Assembly (NCBI RefSeq): GCF_009914755.1
Contig: NC_060925.1
Strand: one strand, 5' to 3'
Length of the DNA: 64,000 bases
DNA from: the human T2T-CHM13v2.0 reference genome, Homo sapiens
In this document: piece after piece, positions 25,875 to 40,648 of the stretch
Layout of the letters: each line of letters opens with the position of its first letter
How positions within the stretch are numbered: position 1 is the stretch's first letter
Program-made: the position numbers and the translations under genes
The notes under the pieces: generated by a model
Seen by the model: only the letters and a program-made list of their open reading frames with translations
Told to the model about the DNA's origin: nothing
The model's database searches: none

Positions 25875-26940
25875 TTAAATAACTTTTAAAACTAACAATA
25901 CAGGAACTATTTACAAAACCTGATCATCTATGAGGTAACCTAAGATGTCTCAATATATTCCAGGCAGACTTCGTACATTATATATTATTTGATAACAATG
26001 CAATGTAACTAAAAATTATTAACCGTATTAGTTATAATTACAGTTGCTGATGTAGGGTTTCAAAATAAAGGGTTTTAAATGAGATAGAAATTTCTTTCTT
26101 TCTCATGAACAATTATTTTATAAACATAGGGCAGCTCCTTGGTGTCAGGCACCCAGGCTTCTTCTATTAATACTTGCTTATTCCACACACCTCCACCAGC
26201 CATCTCCACCCTGGGGTCCAAAGTAGCTGCTTCAGCTCCTGTCTCCTTCAAGTCTGCATTTCAGGCATTAAGGTGAGGAAGACACACTTTTCCTTTCAGA
26301 GTAAGAGTTTGCACCGTTTCATCATTCCATCACTTTCACTCATATCTCCTCATGGAATTTAGTTACATGGCAAACCCAGCTACAAGAGACCCTGGGAAGT
26401 AGCACTCTTTAGGCTGGTGGTCATGTGCTCAGCTAAAAATATGTTACCATATAAGAAGAGATTAACTGATATTGAGGTGCTGGAGCAACCAGTAGCTTCT
26501 GCTGAACAGAAAGTTTCTCTTAACTCAGATAAAAGATGAAATCAAAAGTATAATTACGGAAGGTTTAAAACCGGTAAAATATTGCCAAACCTAACTCCAA
26601 AGAAAATTGAATGCTTTAATGAATGTATATTAAACATGAAAGAATGAAAATGAATGAGTTTATCATTCAAGTTAAGAAGCTAGAAATAATTCTTCCAACT
26701 GAGTATAAGAAAAGCAAGGAAGAATTAATAAAGATACAAATGTAGTTTAATAATTTATAAATGAAAAACAAGTTGAATTATTAAATTTGAACATGGGCTC
26801 TTCAAAAGACCATTAAAAGAGATAAACTGCAGAAAATACAAATCAATAAAAAAGAAGATGCATATCTTTAATGTTATATATGAAAAAGAGAATATAACTA
26901 CAGCTGTAAAAGAAAATTAATAATCATAAGATTAATAATT
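25875..26940 (+). mobile_element. Old L1M ORF2 fragments split by an LTR
   Basis: tgataacaatgcaatgtaactaaaaatt and tcattcaagttaagaagctagaaa...aaggaagaattaataaagata. Confidence 0.65.
26025..26505 (-). mobile_element. Old MLT1 (MLT1J/K-like) LTR
   Basis: aggcacccaggcttcttct...catcactttcactcatatc...tagttacatggcaaacccagctacaag. Confidence 0.7.
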
Positions 26941-27134
26941 ATACCAGCACCTAGTACAGTGCCTGGCAAAATACCTGACATAAGTACTAGGACCTTAATT
27001 ATTACTTAATTAATTACCGAATAAACTCTGGCCTACAAAACTCTTGCCTATAATATAGAAATCTATTACAATAACAAAATCAGCTTAAGAAAATCTTGAG
27101 ATATGAATCACCAAAGCAGAGAAGAAGAAAGGAA

Positions 27135-27345
27135 ATCAATCTTTTTCTGGCACATTCTATGTACCAGGTGTTTTACATAATTTTTGTCTTTTATTTAAGC
27201 TTCGTAACCCTGTAAGGAAGGAATTCTAAATTTCAAAGCTTAGAAAGTTGTGATTTAAAAAGATTCAGTCTCAGACAGTAAATGATTGAATTGGTGTCTG
27301 TACTAGTCTGCCTAATCTGAATGTTGGTGTTCTTTCCTCTGCACT
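27135..27345 (-). mobile_element. MIR
   Basis: gcacattctatgtaccaggtgttttacata...taaccctgtaagg...cagtaaatga...agtctgcctaatc. Confidence 0.55.
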
Positions 27346-28834
27346 TTTTCATTATTTTTTAGACTCCTCTTTCCCGAGAAAATCCTACCAACTTCCTTAT
27401 ATCTGAGCAGGTCCATTTTATCTATTTTACTGGTTTAAATGATGGGAATTTGATTTGTGTGATACTTTTTTTGAAAAAGGAGTTTGATTCTTACAAAATA
27501 TTTTTGAAAAATGGTTGCATCTATGTGGAAGGGAACTTATCTATGCAGAAATTTCTCTCATGTTTCAGTACAAACCATATTGTTTCTAATCAACTGGTCT
27601 GTTTTATCTTTCAGACATTTGTGGGCATTATAATTGACTGTGCTTTTCTCTCGTCTTGGCTGGTGGGAAGATAAAAAAGCGGAGGCCAGTTTATCTCTAA
27701 AACCCTATAACACAATATCCCATGTATGTTTTTTGTGCTAATATTAGCTCTGATTTTATTTTCCCCCTACATGTTTTATTTGACTTTTTGCGTCTTTATT
27801 TTATCCATGATATTCTGAATATTTTTGTTAGTCATTTAAAAGTGAATGTGTATAAAAATATATAAAACTGATAAACAATTTTCCTAATCACGTTCTTATT
27901 TTTGAATATTTAGTTGCTTTCATTATACTTTTCTGCTTTTCTAACGTAGTTTACTAGTTTGCTTTGGCACTAGCAATGTTTGAAATTGCCAGTTTTACCA
28001 CTGACACATTTATGGTGGATACTATCATAACCCATATTTACTTTAATATTAGTAATAATAGGATTTTATTATAGAAAGAGAAGAAAATCAGGAATGGGAA
28101 GGGAAAGTATAAAGAATTCATTTGATCACAGAGTAAACACCAAGAATAGTGGTGAGCAAACCAAATCATGGTCGAAAAGGATATGGCAAACTCAGGCTTG
28201 ATTTGTTCTGAGAATATCAAAGTATAAGCCAGTAGATTGGAACAGAGTCAGCAACAATTTCAAGATGGTAGTAATTCCTGTGGTAAGGTAGGTGGTACCA
28301 TCAAGATTTCAGGGCACTGTTTTTCAGTTTAAAGCAAAATTCAGCTAATTGCTAGCAGTACAGATCAGAGTCCAGTGCCTAGTCCAGAGTCTAGCAGTCA
28401 TCAGAGCTGATTTGATTGGAAAGAAAATACTTATTTTCATTCTCATTTTTGATAAGCTCATCAGCCTAGCAGGTTCTTAAACATTTAGTTATTAAATTTA
28501 CCTCCTCATTAAAACTTTTTAATAAACTATCCTACTAGCTATTGAGATATTAATGTTTTATTAGCTTCTATGACCTCTTTGTATAGATATATACAATATC
28601 CATATATAGATATTCACCCTTTTTACTTTTGCGAAAATATTTTCCTGGTTTTTTATTTAAATATATGTGTATATTTACAACTTGGAGAATTTGTGTTAGA
28701 TTTTAAGTGTTTCCTTTTGAATGTATTGATCACCTTCAGAGATATTGCATCAGATGTAATTCCAGTTATTGGCATGGTGGAATGCCTTGCAATGGACCAA
28801 CATTCCTGTTGAGAACAAAAAACGGTGATTTTTT

Positions 28835-28922
28835 TAAGTGCATATGAACTCTGTATTTTCTGCTCAATTTTTTTATAAATCTAAAATTGCTCTAAAATAA
28901 AGTTTATTAATTAAAATTATAC
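28835..28922 (+). mobile_element. L1M extreme 3' end
   Basis: atatgaactctgtattttctgctcaattttt...aatctaaaattgctctaaaataaagtttatt. Confidence 0.7.
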
Positions 28923-28925
28923 AAG

Positions 28926-29260
28926 TGTTCTATGGTCTGAATGTTTGTGTTCTCATCAAAATTTATATGTTGAGGTCCTCACCCAACAGGTGATGGTGTT
29001 AGGAGATGAGGCCTTTTGTGAGGTGATTGGGTCATGAGGGCAGAACCCTCATGAATGAGATTACTACCCTTATCAAATAGACCCACGGGAGGTCCTTCTT
29101 TCTTTCCACCACGTGAAGACATAGTGAAAAGACACTGTCTATAAGCCAGACACCTTTTTCCTTGGTCATGGACTTCCCAGACTCCAGTATTGTGAAAAAT
29201 AAATTTTTGTTGTTTATAAACCACTCAGTCTATGGTATTTTGTTATAGCAGCCTGGAGGC
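28926..29260 (+). mobile_element. MLT1A0-type MaLR LTR
   Basis: ctatggtctgaatgtttgtgt...gggtcatgagggcagaaccctcatgaatg...aataaatttttgttgtttataaaccactcagtctatggtattttgttatagcagcc. Confidence 0.9.
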
Positions 29261-31577
29261 ACTGGTGAACTTCAAGCATTAATAGGACTAGGGAGACTCA
29301 AGATTTTGGATGCAGACACAGTCTAAGACAAGCTCTTAGACTGATCATAGTTTTTTCCTGAGGATATTTGCCAATTCTGGTTTCATGATAAGCGTCTGAT
29401 AATCCAGGATTTCCTCCTGCAGCAGAACAAACTCCAGGGACAGAGAAAAGAGCAGAGCTTTGGTAGACTCCAAGGCTTAAAGATGAAATTTGAGACCTGT
29501 GGGGATAAGATCCTGGCAAGAAGGGAGGGATAGAATGACATTGACACTTGACAAATTTTCCTCACCAGATATTTGCCATTTTCTGAAGCTACACAGGTGA
29601 CAGCCAAGAAGCTGAACAGCTTCTGAAAAACAGATGGGAGATTTCTGCACTCTTGCCAAATTGAGTAAACAACAACAACAACAACAACAAATCATTTCAC
29701 AGCCTACCAGAGAGAATAATCTAAGTGAATAAACTAAGTTTTACTACAAAAGTTGTAGGTGGGTTCAATGAATGAGAACAAGCCAGAAGTAGAAAAAAAA
29801 ATCATATCAAAGCTGTAACTGATCCTAACTTAGCTCAGCCCCTGATTAAATCAAGCCATCACTTTACTCACTCTGTCTTCCTGGCCAAAAAAAAAAAAAA
29901 AAGGTGAAGCTTAACCCTCTCTGCAAGAAGATAATATCATATGGAGAAGCCAGAGTGACAAAAATTTATGAATGACAAACATTCAGTTATAAATTACCAG
30001 ACAGGCAAAAACAAGAATACATGAATTTTAAAAATAAGATTAAAAACTGAAAGAAAGAATAACAGATGATAAATACATTAGAAATTAACAGGCAGGAACG
30101 TCTAAGTAAATATAATTAATATATTAAAAGAAATAGAGGAAAAGAGAAAACAGATTAAAAAATTGAGAATTTCACCAGCAAATTAGAATATGTAAACATA
30201 AATAAATAATAATTTTAGAACTGAGAAATATAATAATTGAAATGAAAAACTTCAAAGATGTGTCTAAAAGAAGACTAGACAGTAGAACAGAGGATAATAA
30301 ACTGGAAAATGAGTTAATGAAATCAGGCAAACTGAAGTACAGAAAAAATGAAAATACAGACAAGCATAAGAGAAATGTAAGACAGTGTAAAGATATAATA
30401 AGCATATAATTGGATCTCATAAGAAAAATACAGAGAGAATGGGGTAGGAGCAGTATTTGAATACACAATGGCCACAAATGTTCCAAAAATGATGGAACAC
30501 ATCAACAGTTGAGTTCAGAAGTTCTGATAGACCTGAGAAGGTTAGATATAATAGTAAAGCTGCTTCATATAAGAACAAAAATACAATCATACAAATAGTC
30601 ACAATAATAGAAACATTGCCTTAAAAGAGCATCAATACATTCATAAAAGAAACAATAAAACCAAAAGACAATGAAACAATATCCAACTGATCAAAGAGAA
30701 TCCTATTCCCAGAGAAAATATCCTTTGAAAATTAAGATGAAATAAAAATTTTCACATAAACAAATGGTGAGAGAATTTGTTCCTAGCTGAACTAAACTAA
30801 AAAAAAAAAATCCGATAGAAGAAAAATTATCTCAACGGAAAAAAATGAAGAAGAAAATGAATAAAAGAAGGATAAGTATACAAGTAAATATAAGTGAATA
30901 TCCATGTTAGATAACAATCATACTTATGGCTTGGGGGATTTACAATGTATACAGAATTATAATGTATCATAACAACACAAAAGGCAGAAGTGGAATAAAT
31001 TGAGTCAAACTATTCCAAGATCCTTACATCGTCTGGGCAGTGAGAAAGTAATAACTTATATTCAAATACGCATGTTTTAATAATTATCCACAATAAGACA
31101 AAAAAAAAAGAAACGTATAACTAACAACGTAGTAGAGGGAAAATGGAATCGTGAAAAATAATTGATTAATTCTAAAGAAGATAAGAAAAGACACAAAAAA
31201 ATATAAAACAGGTAGATTATATAGAAAACAAATAGTATGCTAATACCTATCAAAGCCCCATCAGTAATTATATTAAATTAAAAGGGATTAAGTATTGAGT
31301 AAAAGATTAAAAAATAAAACCTAACTATGCTGTTTATTGGAAACATATCTTAAATACAAGAACACAGAAAGCCAAATTGTAAAAAGATGTGAAAAAGATA
31401 TACTATAAAAACACTACTCAAAAAGAAGCTAGATATTACATTAATGTGAGACAAACTAGATTTTTAAGACTAGTTAAATTTCTAGAGAAATGCTGATAAA
31501 ACGTCAAACTAACAGAAGCATATAAAATTATAAATTTGTATATACCCACTAACTTAACATGTTACTATAGACGGATT

Positions 31578-31636
31578 ATAGATAGATGATAGATAGAAGA
31601 TAGATAGATAGATAGATAGATAGACAGATAGATAGA
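31578..31636. repeat. (TAGA)n imperfect tetranucleotide repeat
   Basis: tagatagatgatagatagaagatagatagatagatagatagatagacagatagataga. Confidence 0.95.
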
Positions 31637-34381
31637 GAAAAGTTGGCAGAAGAAAAAAGAGAAACAATTCCAAAATCACTGGAAAGAATTTAATTCACCA
31701 ATCTTCCTAGACAATAAAACAAATGAACATGTAAGAATAAAGAATATCTAAACACAACAAATAACTTATTGTCATAAATTGACCAGTGCATACAAATATC
31801 ATAAAATGTATATTATCTTTAAATGCATACTCAATATATACTAAAAGCTATTATTAGCAAATGTTAACTAACTGAATAATTCAGAGAATATACACTTGGC
31901 CACTACTGAATTAAATTGTAAAATAATAGCATAAATAACTATAAAATCTCCAACTTTTGGAAATTAAGCAATATACTTTTCAATAATACATGAGTGAAAT
32001 AAGTCATGATGGATATTGAAAATCTTATGTGCTAAATAGAGTATGATACAGTCAGTGTATCAAAACTTTTGAAATACCAAATATTGTTTCTAAAGACTTG
32101 TTTACAGCCTTAAATTCTTACATTAAAAAATGAAAAGAGCTGATAATCAATATCTAAGATTCTATCTCAAGAAGCAAAAGAAATAAACAGCACATTACAC
32201 CCAAAAATTAGACTGAATGAAGTAATAAACAGCAGAAACCGATGAATTACAGTAGAAAGCAAACACACTACAGAGAAATTGAACAAAACACAAAATTGCT
32301 TTCTGTTTTTGAAGATTAAAATTTCTAATCACTTACAGGGCTGATCAAGTAAAATAAGAGAAAAGCCACTTGCCAATATCGGGAACAAAATAGGTCTGTA
32401 GGTCCTGTCTGTTGCAGAAAGAAACACTCTTTCAAGTTGACTTCGCCAGTGAATTCTTCCAAATATTAAGGAAGAAATAATGCCAATCCAGCATAAACCC
32501 ATCCAGAGGGTTAAAAAACAGGGGAAACACTTTCCGTTCTTTTTATGAGGCCAATATAACCTTGGTATCAAAATCTGGCAAAATATTACAAAAAATTAAT
32601 ATCACACATTAAATCAACCTGTTTCAGGAATACAGGTGAAAAAAGTTCCTGAACAAAATATTAGAAAATCAAATAGAACAATATATTAAAATGATGGGTT
32701 TTATTGCATGAATTGTAATGGTGTTTTACCAATAAAAAATAGATTAATATAATCGACATGAACAGAAAAGATGAATAATACATAAAATTATATCAATAGA
32801 TTACAAAGTTAAATATCATTTATTTTAAAAATCCTATTAGTAAGGTAGGAACAGATGAGGTCTTCTGTTCTACATAAGAGCTTCAGATAAAGTGTCTACA
32901 AATATTGTAGTTAATTGTAAATCGTTGAAAGTATTTTCAGAAATTGAAAATGAGACAAAAGTGTCTGGAGGTCTCAACTAGTGCAGAAAGGCATGAAAAA
33001 AGAAGTGAAAGGGAGAAGGATGTTATAGGCAGAAATAAAACCATCATTTTTGAAATATATGATTACATATGTAGCAAATCCAAAAGAATATCTAGACAAA
33101 TTATTGAGATTCACAAGTGACTATAACAAGGTCACAAAATACAAGGCCAATACACCAAAATCAATTGCTTATCCATATCGTAGCAAGATAAAAGATAATA
33201 TAAAAATTTTAAATATAACTTTTATAACAGCATAAAACAGAAGCTATTCAGAAATAATTTAATAAAATATGTACAAACCCTGTGTCCTAGAAACTACAAA
33301 ACTTTGTGGACGGAAATTATAGAAGGCATAAATAAAAGATAGCATACAACATGCTCAAGAGTTGTAAGAAATAACAGTGTATAAGATGGTCATTCTCCAC
33401 AGAATGATCTATAGATTCAATGCACTCCCAATCAAAATCCCAGACAAGTTTTCATTCTGGTGGAAATTGATCATCCGATTCTAAAATTTGTATAGAAATG
33501 CCAAGACCTAAGACTAGCCAAAGCAGTCTTGTAGGAGAAAAAAGCAGAAGGACTTTCATTACCAGTTATCATGTCTTATTGTCAGACTGCAGTAAATATG
33601 ACAGTGTGATATTGGCAAAAAAAAAAGAAAAAAGACAAATAGACAAAATAAACAAATGAAGGTCCAAAAAGAGACCCACATTCATTTGGCCACATGACAA
33701 AGATGACATTGCAGGGCCAGGGGGAATAAATGTTACTGATTCCATTTAATATTCATACAGAAAAATTGCAATTTTTGACAACTACCTCATGCCATACAGA
33801 GAAGTAAATCTCAGAAGAATTGTAGGCCAAAATATTAAAATGAAAACAAAGAGATTAAGAATATAAATAATGGATTTTTTGTTGGAAGAATCAATGATTT
33901 ATTAATCAGGACACAGACCACACTAGTTTTACATAAAGGAAAAAATGATAAAATTGATAATAGAGTTAAGTGTATAAGTTTTATTACAGTAGGCTTAAGG
34001 ATGTTCAATATTTAAAAACATAGAATCAAAACCAAGACACAGTGGTAAAAAATATTTACACACATAGACACACGTAAAACAAAAGACTTATATAGAATAA
34101 ACTAAGAACATCTTCAAATCAATTTTTTAAGTATATAATCCAATGGAAAGATTGGCAAAGGACTTGAATAGACAAATCACAAAATATTATATCCAAATGA
34201 CCAATGGCTGTGATACAAGAAGCTCAATTCCAGTGATCATCAAGTTAGTGAAAATTAAAACCAGATTGACATGCCTACTAACCCACTCATATAAAATGAA
34301 AAATACAGATAATTCTAGTGTTGGTGAGGATGTGGTGCAACCAAAACCTTCTGTAGTGCTAGTGAGAATATGAACTGGTAC

Positions 34382-34422
34382 AGAGAGTTTTGGGCTATAA
34401 GATAATGACCCTAACCTTGTAG
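34382..34422 (+). repeat. 41-bp copy of 35760-35800 inserted in the L1
   Basis: agagag(t/a)tttgggctataagataatgaccctaaccttgtag, 40/41 identical. Confidence 0.95.
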
Positions 34423-35559
34423 ACAATGGTTAAACAGTATCTTCTGAAGCTGCATATATGCATTACCAACAATTCCACTCCTTGGTATATCCAACAGAAA
34501 TGAGTAATATATTCACCCTTCCCCAAAAACAAACATTCTAATGATCACAACATATACTTATGACTATTCATTTCAGCAAAAAGCTGGGAACAACCCAAAT
34601 ATTCATCACCAGTAGAATGAGTAAATCAACTGTGGTATATCACATAATTTAATACTAGAAAGTTATGAAAATAAACAAACTATTGCTACCTGCACCAACA
34701 TGGATAATACCCAAAGACATAATGTTGACTAAAAGAAACCAGACTAATAAACACTGCATGACTATATTATATAAAAATCAAAACCAGCCAAAACTTATCT
34801 ATGCTTTTAGAATTTGAGATAGTACCCTTGGAGTTATTAAATCCTTGAAGAGAACATGAAGAGTAATTCTGGGGTGCTGGTAATGTTCTAGTTTTTGGTC
34901 TGGAAGCTGGGTACACAAGCATGTTTACTTTGTAAAAATTCATCAAGAAGGATACTTATGACTATGCTTTTATTTTATGTGTTACATACATCAAAAGATT
35001 ACTAAAGAATTGAAAAAAAATTTCTCAGAAACGTTTCCCACCAAAGTCTTGATAACATACTGCATTCCACTAGTTTTAAATAATTTCAATTGTTACATAA
35101 TTTTCTTTGTGTACTATGTGAATTTAAACTGATGTTATATAACTGCTAAGTAGCTATCCGTACAGCACTTATCATAAATCTTTTCTACTGTTTGAACATG
35201 TACTTTATATATTTTAATCATTTTTTATAAAAGGGATTTCTATTATATTCTATAGTTGTATATTTCCAGTTTTGTTCAGTATCTTGTTGTTTTATTTTTG
35301 GTCGATTTTAAAATAGACAACTTTCAGAGTACTCCTTCATCAGTCTTCATGATTTGCTTATATTCTCTCGTGTTTATTTTTTCACATGAATTTTATCCAC
35401 TCTATTGAAATAATTCTTTTCTTTCAGCTATCTTATATAAACAAAAAGATAAACCATCAAAACTTTTCATGCAGGATTTGACCCAATCATATTAGTGTCA
35501 TAAAATGAATACATTGATATGAATAAAGACTAAGTATGGAAGCACATTTTAATATTGAA

Positions 35560-35810
35560 GACAATATGTGACTAGCACATGAGATGAGCCCAAGAGTAGG
35601 AGGAATAAAGAGTGGTAAAACACCCATGAAAAGTTCATGAAGTGTAATCGGTGATCAAATAAATATGAAGAACATGAGAGAAGGAGTAATTAAGAATAAT
35701 TCCATCTTGAAGTATTTAGCAGATGTTGATATTAAAAGGTCTAGATTTTAAATAGAAGGAGAGAGATTTGGGCTATAAGATAATGACCCTAACCTTGTAG
35801 CATTTACCTC
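35560..35810 (-). mobile_element. Degenerate L2
   Basis: aagtatttagcagatgttgatattaaaaggtctagatt...gagagatttgggctataagat. Confidence 0.5.
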
Positions 35811-35847
35811 TGAATTGCCCGTCAGATGCCCAAAGAAAATATGACCT

Positions 35848-36470
<623 letters not shown>

Positions 36471-38202
36471 AAGCTCTTTTCTTATTTTAGATTTGAGAGC
36501 TATTAGCATGCATGGATAAGAAAAACCATTGAAATTACTTTTTCGCAATAAGGGAAGAAAAAAAGACACACACAAAAAATCAAATTTAAGCGTTGGTTAG
36601 TATCTTAATTGGCTGCTACTTGTAGCATTAAAGTAACTTCCTCCAAGGCAAAGTGTGCAGGAATGCTCTCAAAAACCTCTCCAGCTAGGGCCCAGGTTCC
36701 TGGTCTGTTGCCTTGGTTCCAGTTTCATTATCTTAGCCATCAAATGGACGTGTTGAGATTGTTTTACTTGATTCCAAGCTTACCTTTGCATTCTTCACTT
36801 TCTAATCTTTCTCTACTCTATATTCTAACATCTCTGAGTAACTTTCACTCTATCCCTATAACTAGAGCTTTCTTCCAGAGCACCAGCCCAGGAATTGCCC
36901 TCAGAGCCCCTCCTTTGCTTGGAAGAAAGGAAACACTAAGGTGTCCGTGAAGCAGACAGAAAACCAGCAATCAGAGAAGAACCCCACTGGTTAAATGGGC
37001 ACTGCTTTTCTAATTGTTCTAATTGTCTTGTCACTTTTGTATCACCAACATTTTCCCACATTGGTGAAAACTGATCCTAGATATACTCACCTGGCATCCT
37101 AGATATTGCTCTCCTGGCATTCTTCTGGGCATACATCTATTATCAAAATAATTAACATATTTTCAGATACTTTGCCAAGGGAGGAAGTTCTGACTGTTGA
37201 AATTCCTGTTTAACACTATGCTTTGACTTCGTGATAGTCTTGTAATGTTTATCAGAATAGTGTCATCTGAACTCTTCACAAAATCCTCCAATGGTTTCAC
37301 TGCCTTTGTCCCCTTCCCTTGTTTCTCTATTCCCTTTGTTCCTTTCCAAAGTTCAAGAATTTCCACTTGTACCCACAACTTTATAACATACAATGCTATT
37401 CTCAACCCCCTTCCACTGAGCATGTTTTAAAATATATTTAAAACCCTTTTATTCTCTCTTCTACTATTGAATTCCATCTCATCAAGCTGTGTCCATAAAA
37501 CTTTTTTAAGTTTAACATTTCAAAGTAATTCTTATATTAAATACGAAATCTGGAACAATTAGCTTTCTGGTTGTTTTTCTTTTTCCTTTCCTTTATTTTT
37601 TACATTTTTTACAGTAGCTTCATTTCACACCCCTTCAGAGTAGAACTGTGAGAAACTTCATTACCTAATTGGCATTTTGCTGCATGATGTACCGCCCATA
37701 AGAGAATCAGTTTTAGAAATTACACAACAAATCCATTCTCACTGAATTTAGGCGAGGTTAAAAAATATATTTTTCATTCTAAAAGTATTCATGAAGGGAT
37801 AAATGTTAAAAAGATCAATTCCATAATAAGGAGAAAATGTTTGACATCTGGTTAGTGGGAGGGGGGATGAAAATAAGAAAAAAACTAGAGATGATATAAC
37901 TTCTGAATCCTTACAAGTTTTAAATATTCGAAACCTAACATAATGCCATCTTCTCTTCTCTCTGAATTTCTCTCTGTCTATGCACTTTTTCTTCTTCAAA
38001 TCCTTTAATTATAGCCCTAGACCAGCTGCAGTAGTGCGGACTGTAACTATGATTTGCTAACACTCTAAGTTTCTTGGTTTGCTGCAACTGGCTACCTCCT
38101 AAAAAAGATTGGACTTGCACCTCAGCTCTCAGATAAAAAGTAAGAGCACTTGTACTCAGATGAAACTGAGTATAAGCAGATCCAGGCGGTGCAGAGATGG
38201 AC

Positions 38203-38815
38203 TGTACTAGGCTCAGTTTATGTGCTACCTGAGTTCTGCCTGAAACCACCTTCATCACGAGACCTCAGCCACTTGCCTCTCTGGTAGAGCAAGAGAGGCA
38301 CTAGTGAAGACTCACACCTTCCACAGCTGTGATGTCCTGGATACTGCCACTGGTACTGCCACCTCCATCATCACAGATTTAGGAGCCTCCACACACTGCA
38401 TCTACTGACATAGGGACACAGAATCTACCCATTGACTGTATTGGTCACATGGAGGCTTTGACTTCTCCAACATATATCTGAAGGGGCAAGATAATACACC
38501 CAGCATATGGTGGCATTAATGCTAAATGAATAGACTTTAACCAATAAAAGGGAGAAAACAGAGGGGGGCAGAAAATAAATGTTTGCCATCCCTTCCTGTA
38601 ATTATTTTTTATAATAGTTTCATATAGCCTCTCTGGAGACTTCCTACAACAATTAGCAATCAACTGTCATGCAAGGCTGCGAAAAAAAAATTCAGGAACA
38701 TACTCCTTAGTCTTAATTTTTCCTTTCCTCTTGCTTTTCTAAAATTCTATCCTCAAGAAAGTTGTAACACATGAACTTTTGCCTCAAGGTCTGTTTTCCA
38801 GATGGTCCAGATGGA
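38203..38815 (+). mobile_element. ERVL-class LTR with adjacent internal 3' end
   Basis: PPT-like gcagagatggac|tgt junction and LTR-end-like tgcctcaaggtctgttttccag; family not resolved. Confidence 0.5.
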
Positions 38816-38899
38816 CCTTCCAGCTTCCATCTTCCAGAAGCTTATGCAAGATGGGCTAACTATCAGCAAAAATGATATTTTACATTGGCTATTCTAAAT

Positions 38900-39785
38900 G
38901 ATGACAACTAAAACCTAAGGATATGGAAAATTTGAAAGAAGTATGAAAATATATATAGCAGGCAAATAGTAAATTTTTAAAACTACTGTAGTTCTATTAA
39001 ATAGAGATAAAATAGATTTTAAGGAATAAAAACTGTAAGTAATAAGGTGGATAAATACTCAATTATATAAAACAAATTTACCAGAAAGAGTTAATAATTA
39101 TTTTGTGTGCAGCTAATAAAATATCATCAAAATGTAAACAGCAAAAATGACTGAAACACCACTAACAAAGTGACAAATTCTCAATCACAGGGAGAGACTT
39201 CAATTTACTTCTTTTAATTGTTGGTATGTTAACCAGGAAGGAATTGGGAAATATAAATAATTAAACACATTATTGAAATATTTCTAATAGCAATTTTTGA
39301 AAACCTAGAATGAATCAAAATATCATTTGACTGATGACTTGAAAAGTTGTATAGTCACTCAGAGAAATATTATGTAGCCATGAAAACGAACAAATTACAG
39401 CTATGTGCAACAACATGATGAACCTAAGAAACACAGTCTTGAGTGAGAAAAGCATGTTGCAGAACACATTGACTATGATACCAAACTATGAAGTGCAAAA
39501 TCTAGAGATAAATTCATTTGTAATAGAAACTATTTTCAAAAGCAAAGGAACAATAAACCTAACATCTAGGATACTAATTGAGTTTTGGGGTTGGCAGAGG
39601 GATGGGATTTGGAGGAAAGCATAGATACAGCCTCAGTGATATTCGTAATATCTACCTCATAAGCTGGTTGGAGGGTTAGTGACCATTTTATTTTCATGCT
39701 TCATTACTTTTATGTAAGTTGCACATATTATTTTTATGTATTAAACATTATAAAATAAAATAATATGTAAAATTTAAAAATTGAT
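38900..39785 (+). mobile_element. L1ME-like fragments (endonuclease region and 3' end)
   Basis: gataaaatagattttaagg...gagacttcaa; gaaatattatgtagccatgaaaacgaac...atgaacctaagaaacacagtcttgagtgagaaaagc. Confidence 0.7.
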
Positions 39786-40424
39786 TTTAAAGTATATGTC
39801 TAGTAAGTAGAGCAAGGTAAACCATTAATTACTGAAAAAGTTATTTACAAAAAATGAATTTTACCAATTTTGTTACCAAGCTTTACTTACAACAGATCTT
39901 GAATTTGGTCTAAGATCGTACTGCACTGAGTTTCCTAGATTCTCCGTCAAAAGAACTGTAATTTAAAAAACGATAAACATTGATTCAATTTAATGAGCTG
40001 CTTTCCAATTTTACTACATGATTTCTTTCAATATGGAAGGGCTTTATGGTAATGTCCAGGGAAATTCGGCATGTTTTATTTAATTGTGGTCAGAAATGTA
40101 ACTATAATTTTGAAACTACCAGTGAAAATGTGCTAAAAATGTATCAGTATAGAGGAATGCCAGCATTACTTGATGTCATTTAAATATTCTTCCTTGAATT
40201 ACCATATGCTATGTATATATACTGTATACTGTTACATACCCCGGTCCTCAACCTGCAAACCATTAGTATAGTCAGCACACAGAGCGACAATGTAAGTGAT
40301 AACCCCAGAGAACATGAATTGCTACTCTGTTCATTTTAATGCTACATACAGCTAAATGTCCATATACAGTCTATATCTCAATTATCCACATGCGTTGAGA
40401 TACGTAATGATTACTGGCTTGTTC

Positions 40425-40648
40425 CCAACAGACTTGGATTTATTCACTTATTAGCTGTGGGACCATGGCAGTTTTATTATTGCTCTGACATATTTTCTGC
40501 ATTTTAACAAAAGTGATATTATGACTCCCCAATTTAGAGGTCTGTAGTGAAGATCAAATAAAGTAATATATGTAAAATTCATAGCACGATGTCCTTTTCA
40601 TTCATTGTGAGCACTCAATAACAGTAAGCTGTTGTCATCATCATTATA
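40425..40648 (+). mobile_element. MIR
   Basis: cacttattagctgtgggaccatggca...gtgaagatcaaataaagtaatatatgtaaa...agcactcaataa. Confidence 0.75.

Larger units (their letters stand above)
29330..35005 (+). mobile_element. Near full-length degenerate old L1 (L1ME-type 3' UTR)
   Basis: Ordered 5' UTR repeats (gatatttgcca), ORF1-like (aaaatatcctttgaaaattaag), ORF2-like (gatctatagattcaatgcactcccaatcaaaatccca; caattccactccttggtatat) and 3' UTR (ttctggggtgctggtaatgttcta) segments; no intact ORF. Confidence 0.8.

Noticed and set aside
37074-37120. 22/23-bp tandem duplication atcctagatat...cctggc
   Set aside because: Ordinary two-copy slippage duplication
40374-40402. Inverted repeat TATCTCAA/TTGAGATA
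   Set aside because: An 8-bp stem is within chance expectation
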